From: Torpedo marmorata
Lineage: Eukaryota
Length of the DNA stretch: 64,000 nt
NCBI GenBank assembly: GCA_977017645.1
Contig: OZ360225.1
Span: 170,004,001-170,068,000 of the forward strand
Direction of reading: 5' to 3'
Below the pieces are notes generated by a model. The model was not told the DNA's origin. It saw only the letters and a list, made by a program, of their open reading frames with translations, and ran no database searches. Positions 1 to 12,723 of this stretch are shown piece by piece. How positions within the stretch are numbered: position 1 is the first letter of the stretch; each line of letters starts with the position of its first letter. The position numbers and the translations under genes are program-made.

Positions 1-323
1 AAAAACACGACAGGCAAGGTGTACACAGAATGCTCTCAGAAAATGATTAAAGTAGAAAAGGTCACTTAATTTTAAGAAAAAATGTAGATTGATGGATCAA
101 TGTTGGCCATCATTTGGGGAAATACCTGTCACCTCCTCATGCTGCATCCAATTGAAATGGCAGATTGGGTCTCTTTCCAATCCTACATTTGTTAGACAGC
201 TCTTCAAAAATGCAATACTTACTGCACAAGAGTGTCAATGCAGGATTATGCTGAGAAAGGATTGGCAGAGATAGCTGGAAACTTATTTTTGCTGAAGAGT
301 GCCTCTGCTGAGCTAGAGATGTA

Positions 324-520
324 CAAGAGACTGCAGATCCTGGAAGCCAGAACAACACACAATCTGCTGGAGGAACTCAGCGGGTTGAACAGCATCAGTG
401 GGAGAAAAGGAATAGCCAGCGATTCGGGCCGGAACCAGGTTCTGACCTGAAACGTTAACAATTCTTTTTCTCCTATTGATGTTGCTTGACCTGCTGTGTT
501 CCTGCAGCAAATTGTGTGTC
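324..520. mobile_element. Old Penelope-derived short foldback element (inverted 3'-end fragments)
   Basis: Imperfect inverted arms (tgctggaggaactcagcggg...cctgctgtgttcctgcagca) around a degenerate ...cctgaaacgtt core; homologous to the Penelope 3' end at 50490-50600. Confidence 0.65.
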
Positions 521-562
521 GCATTCATGAGCTAATTAGGTGGAAAATCGTTTGTCAGTTCA

Positions 563-596
<34 letters not shown>

Positions 597-2898
597 GGTC
601 AAAGTGGCATAAACAGGCTCACTATCAGAGAAATTACAAACATGGTATAACATTGTAAATCAGTAGAGAGAGCACCGTTGATAATCTTTATGATGCAAGG
701 AAAATAATGAACTTGTGGACCAAGGATGCTGTCTCCAAAGAACGCTATCAGCGCTACCTCAGGGTTCCAATGACTGGCTTTGATCCCAACTGCTACCTTG
801 TAAGTCATACTTTTTGAACCTGACCACCTGAGTAGTTTTCTTTTTACCTCCATTCATCTTAAGCTCCATGGTTTTACGTTTGGTTAAATACTGACTTTTT
901 GCTGAGGTTACTCACTCTTGCCTGTTCTCTGGTCTTCAGTGTCAGAATCAATAATGAAACAATGTAATGGTCAAAGTAGTTTTTAGTGGAAACTAAAGTG
1001 ACTGCCAGCAAACAGATTTTGGGTGAGTAAGTGTTGATGACACCACTGATGGATTTCTTTCATCACTGAAGATTGGTGTCATGGACTTGATGTCTGTTAC
1101 TGTGCAAGAGAACAGCCTTCAACAGCATTTAAATCATTGCTCTTGTTCTGCACAGAGCACATCTTAGGAGTAAGAAGCCAAGACACAGCATCAAAAGTAA
1201 AATGTAGTCCTATCAATCGGATTTTTCTCCCCCCAGAGTATCACTTTTCCCTCCAAAAGAAATGCTAACATTTTTATGTTTTATTTGACACTAAGTTACA
1301 ACTGGGAGAGGGCAATTCCCTCTGGTAATGTTGGCAGTCAGTCCTTTCCTTCCTGGCCTTAATCCAAAACAGATGGAGCCTCTGGATTCAGAATCTAGGG
1401 TTTGTGGCATATAGGTGCCTCATTGTGAAAAATATTAACAGTGCCAGATCTGAACACAATTTTCCATATGTGATACCCAAATCTAATTTATTTTTATTTT
1501 TTTTAAATGAAGGTTTCCTAACTTTTACCAATTAGTTTAAATTCGGGTCTAAAAATTATAAGACGGGCAGAATAAATTGTTCCATAGACACTGCCCTCTG
1601 GTGGAATAAACTGCATCATTTTTAACAGGACAAAAAAAATTGCTTTCTACCCTGACTTTTGACTGCCAAAGAACATTCTGTTCCTTGGCTTCATTTAAAC
1701 TGTCTGTTTTAGTAAAAATAAACAGTGGAACAGATAAAACCCACAGGAATTTTGTGCTGGCTCTATGATTCCCACTCTGCCTGGAACAGTGCATTACAAG
1801 TATTGCACCCATATGGGTTTGATATTTCCTTTGTATGAAGGGGGCGGTGGCACAGTAAGGCAGAAAGAAGATTGCAAGGCAGTGCAACTTATTTAAGATA
1901 GGGTATGGCCAATTGGGATCTACTCTTGCTCTAACAAGGAACGAGCTCTGGCTTTTATAATGAACTGCATCACACCCTCAAGATATCCCAAAACACTTCA
2001 CAGTCAATTAACTTCCTGAAGCCATCCACAACTATGTACACACAAACTACGTGGCACAGTGTGATCCCACACTTGGCTAATGAGATAAGTCATTTTTATG
2101 GTGGTGGTGGTGAAGCCGAAAATTTAAGGAAATCTTCTTGCTTGTTTGCCAGCAACAGTCAAAGTTTAAAGTTGCTTCAGACACCTCCTCAGCCAAAACC
2201 TCGTGCTGTGCTAGATCAGTGTAGATTATATACTTAAGTCTCTGGGGTTGTCCTTAATCAGTTATCAAGAGGGAAAATGATTCAAAAGCTGTCTCTGAAC
2301 AGCTGCACCAACGATACAATTTTTATTTGTTATGGAAGGAGGTTCAACTTTGAGCCTCTCACTTCTGATGAGATGCAAGGTACAAGAGAATGTGGAATAT
2401 GTTCTCATTCTAGGCAAGGCAGCAAGCATATAGGAGTCAGACACTGGCCCTTTCAGCCAGCTCTACCATTCAACACAGTCATAACTACTCTTCCAAAATT
2501 GAATATTCTGGTCCTTCCCCCAATCACCACCCTCCCCCCCCCCCCCAACCCCGACATATCTCTAGAAGTTTGCACTTTTTTTTTTAATGAGACACCGCAC
2601 CATTTGTGTATGCTTATTCATGGAATAATCAGGTGTACAAGAACCTGAAGGAACCTGCTCTTGAAGCTATTCGACTCTCAAGGGCACCACACATGTGAAA
2701 TATTCTTCCAACGTGACTGCAAGAGAAACCATTCCTCTCAAATCACAGGATTATGAAGCTTAGAGGAAAGATAATTGATCAACTCGAACCCAAAGTAATG
2801 GAAAAGGGACAAAGAAATCTTTTGACTGCACACACTGTTCCAGAGCAGCAATAAACCTTGGGGTTCTGAATGACAGTGAAAGACTGCTACAGTAAGAA

Positions 2899-3750
2899 AA
2901 TGGCGGCGCTGCCAGAGCCGCTGTAGCGGCAGCACTGCCGCTGTAGCGGACCCGCGGGGAGCAAGGGAGCGGAGATGCAGCACTCCCATGGGGTCCAGCC
3001 GCCCAGTCAACTGCCGTTGGCTCCGCACGGGCTTTGACTGCCGTCGGCTCCGCATGGGCATTGAGGGAGCCGATGGTGGTTTTGTTTGAGATCCCACGAC
3101 CGTGGGGTCTGTGCCCAACATGGCAGCGCCTATCAATCGGCAGCAGCCACGAGGTGCTGCAAACTCCGGGGAAGTGGAGGACTGGAGCAGGGCACCAGAG
3201 GACGGAAAGATCACCCCCCCCCCCATCTAAGAAGGAGAGGCGGAGGAGACGACCCACGGGACGGTGACCATGGCGGCAGACCAGTGAGGGGCTCTGAGGC
3301 TGAAGGACCAGTGCATGCGGCGGGCTGCTGGCGACTTGAGGCGGAGGCTGTGGGCTGCTGGAGACTGCTGTCGGGAGACTCGTGCCGGGCTGCGGACTGC
3401 TGGAGACTGGCTCGAACTGTCTGGAGGAGTACCAGGTATCGGAACCGGGATGCGAGGGCGCCAAAGGGTTCCTGACCGTGGCGGAGGTTCGGATCTGGAG
3501 CTCAGGTTGCCGATTGTTTGGACTGGACTCTGTGTGGCTGCGGAAGCGCTGGAGGCGAATCTACGGACACTCAGTGACTCTGGGGGGACTCCCTTTTGCT
3601 TCTCTTTCTCTGACTGTAAGGAATGTTAGAGGCACTTAGGCAGTTTCTGCCGGTGGCAAATCTGTCTGCCTTGCAGCAGGCAAAAAGAAATTTCATGTAA
3701 TATGACACTGTTTTATTACTATGACAATAAATTGAATCTTGATCTTGAAT
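2899..3750 (+). mobile_element. GC-rich non-autonomous retroposon, full-length copy 1 (Rex1-like 3' tail)
   Basis: Near-identical to 18851-19600 and 26213-27068; starts aatggcggcgc, ends gacaataaattgaatcttga. Confidence 0.9.
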
Positions 3751-5101
3751 TTATCTGTATTACAAGATACAGTACATTGCAGACTTGAATTGCATTCCAG
3801 AGCATGTGTTATCCAACATAAATGCCAACTTCTTAAAGAAACCCCTCCCAACTCTTCAGATCTAACCATGCCTTGTGGCAAGCACTCCTGCACCTCAGGG
3901 CAGTCTATTGAGCTTTGTGATAGCACTGGTTTAGTAAGCTCTTTTGCCTTCTAGGCCAACATCCTGCTATCCCATCCTATGAACACAAGACTTTTAAGCT
4001 ACTTTATTACAATTAAAATAAAACAAGAATCTATCTTTCATTGTGAGTATACATTTCTTCTTTCCCCCGCCAACTGTATTCATTGCCAAGGTGGCCCCTT
4101 TCAACTCAAGGAAACACCTTCCATTTGGGTTTGATAATGATTTGCATCAATTTCCTGACTAGAATTCAGAAGAATGCCAGTTATAAAACTACTTTTGTAT
4201 GTGCGCAGTACTTCAAATAAATTCCAGCACAATTTAAGATCGCAAACTTATACATTTATGCACAAATCAAGCACAGTTAACTAATGCAAATGTTCTTACT
4301 CTCATTTTAATCAGGCTTCCCTTCTTGCTTCCTTACCTGTCACAAGTTGCCTTGGCGTATCCCCCCCATGTGTAGCACCATCATTGCTCAGGCGTTAAAT
4401 GCTAATTGGAAAATCTTTTTCTGCTCACCTAAGCTTCTGTTCCATCCCAAAGTAAAGCTGCTCCCCTCAAATGGAGAACTTCACATCCTTGTAAAATAGT
4501 AATCGATAAATGCGAAAACCTATGTATTCTCTTCCTTCTCTCCCAATGTACTTTATTGCATACTGGTTGATGGGAATTCCTAATCTATCTTCGGCGCATT
4601 TTTCAGAGGTAGAAGTTGGACATGGGTGGTCGAGAAGGGAGAAAGATTTGGAGTTTCTGTCCCACCCCCAACCACTAAGACTCCAATTAAAACCTTCCTC
4701 TTTGACCAGCACTTAGTCAACTGTCTTAATACTTGTGTCACTTTGATTTGATCCTCTTATGAAGAAGCACCTTGGGATGAATCTCTGCACTGAAAGCACA
4801 ATGTAAACCAAGTTACTGGTAGCTAGAGAAATACTTTTAAAATGAACTGCACGCATGTGGTGAATGGAAAATGCCAACAAATGTACTTTTAAGACTAGGA
4901 GAGTGTATTAGTTAATGAGCAACTTCCCCAGTCATTGGATGTACCTGTAAATATGAAACACAACCTTTCCAGTTATGGCTTAATAGGAGACTTGCAAACT
5001 GGACTATCTACATTTGAGTTATACCCAGTCTTTTAATCGTACAAGGCAGGACTATGGGTGCACGTTTATAACATCACTGTCAGTCAAGTCATGCAGATTG
5101 A

Positions 5102-6300
5102 AGCTCTTTTCACATTGGCTAAACAGTAAATTGGCGGTTCAACGAACCGGTTCAAAATGCTGTTTTTGCCGTTCACACTGGACCAATGTTAACCGGTTCT
5201 CTGCGCCCTTTCACACTCACCACCCGGCATTCCAGAGCAGAGGGGCGCCTATCCTCCATTGATGACGTCCTGAGTGACGCATCGAGTGATGCGGACCTGC
5301 CCTCCCAGAATTCAGTGCGGCAGAGAAACCCCTCCATGAGTGCTCCGTGCATATAGCCCTTTCATTATGCCAAGGCACAATGGGACATGAGGGCTTTAAA
5401 GGAAAAGGTGGTCAGTTCCTTGCCTACCCGCAGTCTCTCTCACTGTCTCTCCCTTCCCTCTGTCTCTCACAGACATATCTATCTATCCTTGATTGTTGTA
5501 TGTACCCAGTTCGTTGTGTGTGTACACGCGTGTATTTCATCCCTGCTGTGACTTTCCCACGCTTGCTATAAATTGTGCGCCTATGTATTTTATTGCCGCT
5601 ACTACTTTCCCATGGTCCTTTATAAATTGCGCGCGTATGTTTTATTAAATTGTGCGCATATTTTCCCACGCTCTTATTCGTGTTTGTTTTCTTCCCGCTA
5701 CGATTTTCTGATACTGGAGTAGGTTTACATAGGTCGGCACAACAACATGGGCCTGAATACGACTGGGATTGTCTGATCTCGGAAGCTAAGCAGGCACAGG
5801 ACTGGTCAGTACTTGGAGGGGAGACTGCCAAGGAACACCAGGTGCTGTCGGCTTCTCTCTGCCTTACGGTAGACAAAAAATTAAAGAATTTCATGTATGT
5901 TACATTCAAAATGTAGTATTACGTGACAATAATGGAATGGAACCTTTATACTGTGCTGTACATAATGCTTAATTATGTTTTAATTAAGCATGAATAATTT
6001 TGTTTACATACAAGATCATAATACATTGATCAGGATTTAGTAAATTTAATACAAAGTTTATACGCTTTGAATCTTTTGTTTCCTTCACGTTTCTGCACGC
6101 ACGCAAGTACGTCATCAACGTGTCACTAATTGGCCCCAGGATACCCCTGTCCCTTTCACACTGGGCTGATACACCCTACGTAGGCAGTTCATCCCCGGGG
6201 CGATCTGACGCCTCCGAGCCGATTCACGAGCGTTCAACTGGCACGTTAACCGGTAGATTGGCAGTTAATTACTAGGTTAAAGTGCCAGTGTGAAGAGGCT
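5102..6300. mobile_element. Non-autonomous DNA transposon, PIF/Harbinger-like MITE (copy A)
   Basis: Imperfect TIRs agctcttttcacattggc / gccagtgtgaagaggct; repeated subterminal ttcacactgg motifs; related to 12724-13584. Confidence 0.65.
5752..5947 (+). mobile_element. 5S rRNA-derived SINE (SINE3-type), 5'-truncated, with Rex1-like tail
   Basis: gtctgatctcggaagctaagcagg...tggtcagtacttggaggggagactgcc...caccaggtgctgtcggctt matches 5S rRNA (boxes A, IE, C); followed by a non-5S tail ending gtgacaataatggaatggaaccttt. Confidence 0.85.
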
Positions 6301-7642
6301 CTAGTCAGAGAATAAAATTATCGGTACTCATCCACAAAAGGCATTTTGGTGCCCAAATATCTAATTGGAAATTAGAACTAATGGAGAGTTTTTCTTTAAT
6401 TTAGTGGCACCCTTAGCTCCTCTGTTTTGAAACCTGAGTTCCTATCAGCTGCAGAAGCTTTGTGAGGGTGTGGTTGCACAAGTAGATAAACCTGTTTCTC
6501 CATGCACATGGAAGTTCATTGCCAGACGTTTATTCATACATTTACTGTCAGGTCTCTGAATTCAAATACTGTACTGTACTTGGTCAAAGGGAAGGCTGTT
6601 TTTTTTTTTAAACATCATGCACCTGCACTGTGACATAAAAATAAATGCCAATCTGCAAAAGGATTCCCAAATAGTAGAAAAAGATACTATTAGAGAGGGA
6701 GAAACAAAATTCCAATGTCAGATGATTAATTTTATAGCTTACCACCTTCAAATAGCTTCATAAATCAACTGCCTTTGTAGTACCTCGCATACATTTTTCA
6801 TTAAAAAGAACACAATGGGAAAAACAAAGTAGCCTGCAAACATACCGTGCCAAGGGCAATATGTTCGATGACTATAAAAGCATTTACAGAACCATAAACC
6901 TGAAGTGGTTGGGAAATTTACTGTGGTTTTAATAAAACTGCAAATGATGCACAAGTGCGACATCACAATTAAAAAAATAGAATTTTCTGAATACATCAGT
7001 AAGGTACCAAGCTATACAAAGCAGAAAATACTTGGAATCTACCTGCCCCTAAACAATGCAGAATGATGCAAAAATGCTTAGAACAGTTTTGCTGGCACTG
7101 AGTTTAGTGCATCAATGACGATGAAACAAAAATAATTGTAAAATAACTATACTGTATATGGACAGGTTTTACACATGCAGATAATTTGGATTCACATCTT
7201 TCACATTAGTCAAGCTCTCTCTGACGAATTCTGGTAGATCTGAGGGACATGGTCTCTTCAAATGCATTTTAATGCTTTTTCTAAAGCCAATTAAAAACAG
7301 AGCATCTCAAAGCCAGCAACACTGTGTTGCATCTCAGAAACTTCACATGTAATGGGTCTCACTTGTGAGCTGCTGACAATCCTTTCATTATGGCAATCGG
7401 TTCATTTAATGTCCACCCTAAAAGCTGTTGGGGTCAATGATGTTAGCATGGATCCAGAGTCACATAGGGCCAGGTGAGCAAGGACAATTGGATTCTTTAC
7501 CTGAAAATTGTTAGGGTTTTCATAACTTTCAGACAACATTTCTCCATCACACTAAATTTCCCGGTTTTTTTATTAAACTTGCATTTAAAATAAATCAAAT
7601 ATGACCATAAAATAACATTCTTTGGAGTATTAAAAATTTTTA

Positions 7643-7890
7643 AAAACGCAATGCTGGAGAATCTTTATACAACAAAGATAAAGATACATAACCAATGTTT
7701 CGGGCTTGAGCCCTTCATCAAGGTATGAGCAAAAAAATGCCCCCCACCCCACCATTTTTTCAGGCACCTGCCTACATTTTGCTCATACCTTGATGAAGGT
7801 ATGAGCTCTATACAGTACACTGACCTGCTGAGATTCTCCAGCATTGTGTTTTTACTTCAATCACGGTGTCTGCAGACTTTTGTGTTTTAT
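7643..7890. mobile_element. Penelope-derived inverted 3'-end fragments with hammerhead motif
   Basis: Minus strand catacc-ttgatga-agggctcaagccc-gaaac at ~7687-7727; plus strand ccttgatgaagg and terminal ttcaatcacggtgtctgcagac. Confidence 0.8.
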
Positions 7891-10813
7891 TCTTTGGAAT
7901 ATTATTCAGGTAACTTTGCCATTTTACCACTTGTACCAAAATGTTCCCACTTTTCTTTTGCACCTCATCTCAAAAAAAAACACAGCTAACACATAAAAAT
8001 GGTAACAAATTACACATTGTTAAGCTACAATGTCATACAACATTCTTCTGAAAAAGAAAATGTGACAAGATACAGGAATAAGCAGCCAATAAGCTTGACG
8101 ATGTCTTTGAAAAAATGAGAACACTTAGAAGGGAATGCTAAAGGCAATTAAAAGGAAACGTTATGTTGCGCCTCCTATTGTTATGGTCAGCAGATTTCCT
8201 CCCTTCGATCTCTGCCAAAAAACTGCACACTTTCGTTCCTACTGCAGAACAGAATGAGTCTCTTGTTGAGACAGCTGGCTCCGAACCAACTAGCACGAGA
8301 CTTCAGTTCCTTTCTACCCTCCTCACTCCAGCTGTGTGCACCAAATGAGGAGAAAAAAAGGCTGAATTTAGAAGGAAATATAAAAGCAATTTGTTGAAAA
8401 ATAAAGGGCAATGTAGATTATAAGAGGGAAAGAGTACTCAAGAAATGAGGAGGAACTGGGTGGAGAGAAAAGGAGTGGGAGGGTGGTTGTGGAATGCACA
8501 GTATCTCTACTGAAACAGATTGAACAGTGCTCTTGGGATTAATAACTATCATGTTCCACTGCTGATTAATTATTTAGTCAGGTCAAACTGTAATTACAGC
8601 TGTTTCTCACAAGGTGCCACAAACACATCTTACAAACTACCATGAGCTCTACCCACTGCCCTATATTTAAGGGCAAATGCTTTCCCAGATCTCTTCTGCT
8701 AAATTTAGAACAGATTGTTCTGAAGTCAGTCTCAATAAATGTCCATCAGTCACTCTGGTGAAATGCTACTGACACCTCGCCCAACCAGAAACCACTCAAA
8801 GTCCAACAGCCTGAAAATGTATAAAGTCCCCGGTACTTCACAGAGGCACAAGGAAAGACAAAAAACATATGAATAGTAACACAAGAAATACTGGGAAGGT
8901 TAACTACTAGCTCAGCCAAGGAGGTCATTTTACAGAGGGTCAAGAGAGAGAAGGGATTTCCAAATTATAATAGTTGGGGAAATGAAGGAGTGATGAGCAA
9001 AGTGGGGGCAATTGACAAAGGGGCAGTCCAGGAAAGAGTGGGGGTGGGGTGGCAAGGGTGTTAGGGTGATTGCAGCATTCTTTGTGAAATTGAGACTCAA
9101 ATCTTCATGGACTTCCAACATGGCTAGCTATCTAAGGCAATCTCCATTACACCTCCAGTGGGCCTCTTCCTGAGTTGGTAACACTTGTCAAGTTAGTTAA
9201 GAACACAAACTCTTATTCCCTGTAATTTCAATCCTCAAGGTACTGTAATTTTCATTTTGATTTAAGCAAAGTTGCTAACTTTGCAGCAAGATTCACAGAA
9301 TAAAAATAACTCCAATTCCTTTCTTTTTTTGGGGGGAGGGGGTGGTGGAACATCATTGGACCACATCTAGCATTTTATCTCAGCTCCATGCTTTTTGTTC
9401 CTCTTGTAACAAAGTCAATGACATTTGCTCCAATATTCTGGAAATCTCCTCACTAAATCCCTTTCTCAAAATGTCAATTTTCCATCAAGCCTCTAATCCT
9501 CTCTCCTCCCCCCCCCCCCAAATTTCTGATCATTGCCCTCTTAGAGGCACCTGTGGTCAACTTTTAAAAAATAGAAAAAGTCTGCTGTTACTTTGGTGAT
9601 TGATTGAATTAATCACAAATGATAAATTGGGAAAATTTAATTTTTATAGTGGTAGATTTTCAGAAACACATCTTTGCTGAAAATGTTACATCACAAACAA
9701 ACCTTTACTCCAACAGTAAAGAACCAATTCACCTCAGTAGAAAAGAGATCAGTAAAGGTCGAGGGATTGAAACAATAAAATGGAAGTGGATGTGGATTAG
9801 AGTTGGGAAGAAGAAAATTCCCAAAAAACAGTCCAGCCAACCTGCAACCAAGAACTCAATAGACAGAAAAATTCACAATGATTTGTTAATTTGCACAGTA
9901 GAACTGACTCAGCCAGAAGAACAGACACAGCGTGGAACTTAAGTCTCTTCAAGACTGATCATTATCTCCCATCACTGCTGACTGAGGCAGCTTAATTAAC
10001 CTCCTTTGAAGTCAACCTTTCAAATACCTCTGCATTACACAGGCAGAAAACACAAACCTGACACAATCAGAAACATGTCTGTGAGGATATTAATGGCAAG
10101 GTGATCATAGTACCAGTTAGAGATCAGATGATCACCATTGTTTACAAATTATTTGAGTCAATTTACAACAAAATGTGGGCTCTTGAAATATAGCACATTA
10201 ACAACACAATTTATTCCGTTTATTCTATTGCCTCAAAACATGCTGATTTAAAATACTTATTTCCACTGTAACCCAAATTTCAAAATGAAAATGAGTATTT
10301 CAGAAAGTATTCAGTTACAATCACTGATCCTTTCAATAAAATGTAATCATGACAGTACATGTGTATAAAATTTAATTTATCTGGAGTGTGTGAAATGAAA
10401 AACTAGTCTTGAAGATATGTGCTTATGAATCTTGCTATACTGTGCAGTACTTCCACTCAGCATAAACTCAGACATCCTACTACTCCAGGTTACTAAGGCA
10501 ACATATTTTTTCTGTCTAGCAACTCGCAGGAACAGTCTGAACCTACTGAATAAGCACTTTTTGGAACAAGAACAAAATTACATTCACTGTGTTCCAGACA
10601 CAAATAAATGTTTTTTTTTTAAAAAACAGATACGCAGACATGTAAAGATATAAATATGCATTCATAGCATAGCTACTTCACATTAAAGCAATACTGTAAC
10701 ATCATATTTGACAAGTAGTGCTCATACATACCATCCAAGTGCACTATCTAACTCCGCCAGGCAGATTACATACCAGAAATTCTATGAAATCTTATAAGCG
10801 AAAAAAAACTTAC

Positions 10814-11250
10814 CTCTTGAGAATTTTCAGGGGCTTGACAAGGACTTTAAAAATATTTAAAAATAGTAGACTGTCTTTTTTTTTAATATAATTATGGTTT
10901 TATGCTCTCATGTTGGCCGTGATTTTAACTGGCGAAGGATGAAGAAGGGTAATGAGAATTGGGTGATCCCTGAACCTTAACGGGAATGAGGGGGAGAAGC
11001 GGGAGCTACCGCCGGCGCCGAAGAGCGACAGCTTCTGCCGGTTGCTCCAATCGCTGCCGAGGTGCTGGCGCCGCCGCCGCTGCTCCTGCCGGGGACCGAG
11101 TGACGAGGAGCTGCCGCTGGAGCTGCGAGCGCACTGAAGGGGGACGGAGCTACGGCTCAAGCCTCGCCAGTGACTGGCTCCGACTGAAGTGACTCAGTCC
11201 GTCCCCCCCACCGCTCGCTCGCACTCCTTGCCTTGCTTTCGCCACCCAGC
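10814..11250 (-). other. Candidate non-coding first exon (5' UTR) of a host gene in a CpG-rich promoter
   Basis: Non-repetitive CpG-rich stretch 10960-11280 (gcggcggcggcg); strong donor GAG|GTAAGT at 10814/10813; only a 3-codon uORF; 5' boundary uncertain. Confidence 0.55.
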
Positions 11251-12285
11251 GGAAAAAAAAGACTTACTGCTAAACTGACGCACATTCTGACAATCTCCAA
11301 CCCACTGCTTCCTGTTTCCAGTAAAACATTTTTTTTTCTTCTTCTCCAACCAAGTCATATTTTATTTTTTAATTAATGCATGATTGTGCGATATTTATCA
11401 CCCTTCAAGGTAATCTACGAGGAAAACTGCAGCGTGGAAATAAAATTATTGTAAAATCAAGCAGAGGCATAATTTTTTGGAACTTTTTAAAAAGATTTGT
11501 TGAGTGTAGCTGCAAAAAGAAGCTCCACTCCATTCACGACAAAACTACCTACCCGAGTTTTGACCTTCACCCTATTCCAGCGTCCTGAACTCTCCTCCCA
11601 GTACCGGCACTGTCTGCAATGAGTAGTTACCAGATGGAAGTCCACAGCAAAAAAAAAAAGCCTGCCTTGACTGTACCTTTCAATGGCAAGACCTCTGCTG
11701 CTTTGATGGACCAACACCAATCTTATGGTTACCCCCAACTACTAGCTCCTTTCCAAGTCACACATCATCCTGACTTTGAAATGTATTGTAAAAACACAAA
11801 ATGCTGGAGAAGCACAGCAGGTCAAACAGTGTCCTTTATGTTACAAAGGTAAAGATACATAACTGACGTTTCGGGCTTGAGCCCTTCATAAAATGTATTG
11901 TGGTCCATTCATCAAAACTGCTTGAATTCCCTGGCTAAGATCTCTGGAATTGCCTTTACCTTATGGGACAGCTGAGGGAGATAGCTCAACAGCGGCTTGC
12001 CATTGGGGATGAACAATAAATGCCTTTACATTACCCCCCACCCACCAATGGAAAAAGAAAGCAATATCAAATTCTTTTGGATATACAAAACTCTTTATTT
12101 CTATTTCCTACCTCCACCTCAGACAAAACATGGCACCAAAACTGAGATTAAAGTCTCTGCCACCTGGCATGTTTTGCCACAGCCATATTTGACAAACACA
12201 ACCAATAGCTTGTCAGAAATTGGCTCAAATCCAACAAACGGAGGCACTGACTAAACCTTGTGCGTGTCTCCTCTGACGTCATCTA
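11185..12285. promoter_or_regulatory. Candidate promoter elements: AP-1 (TGACTCA ~11190), ETS-like GGAA (~11310), full CRE TGACGTCA (12274-12281)
   Basis: Motif matches next to the CpG-rich exon; function not shown. Confidence 0.35.
11789..11889 (-). mobile_element. Penelope 3'-end fragment with partial hammerhead motif
   Basis: Minus strand atgaagggctcaagcccgaaacgtc...ctccagcattttgtgttttt. Confidence 0.8.
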
Positions 12286-12723
12286 TGTACAAGAGAAAAG
12301 GTTTCTTTTTCCTCTTAACACATTGAGGAAATGTGATGCAGTCTCTGTCAACCTCTTGTGTCAGATTACACAGCGCTGAGGTAACAGCATTGAAACGGAG
12401 CATGATATATAAAACCCTGTGGTTCTAATGCACCGATTAGCCAGATCCATTGCACAGGGTGTTACATTTATATTCTACTTTCAACTGAAGTGTTTTACTT
12501 TGTTCAATTTTTGCTGTACAAATGGCCAAATGTAAATCCCTATGATAAATTTCACAAGTTTTTACACAGCAAGGAATGAATTATGAAATTTTACAGCATG
12601 TAGTGTGATCATTTGGTTTTTCTAAATCAATCTTCAGAAATGTGAATCACATGCACAAAGCTGTCTTTTACTCTCGCCCTTGAATGGCTCCAGTCCTTGT
12701 AGTAAGTCTGGCAACTCCCCATT

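Noticed and set aside
5752-5855. Functional 5S rRNA gene
   Set aside because: It is 5'-truncated and diverged, lacks an oligo-T terminator, and is fused to a retroposon tail.
89-10650. Short ORFs and isolated splice-like motifs (e.g. donors near 222, 915, 4338)
   Set aside because: No recognisable protein similarity or consistent exon chain; probably intronic.
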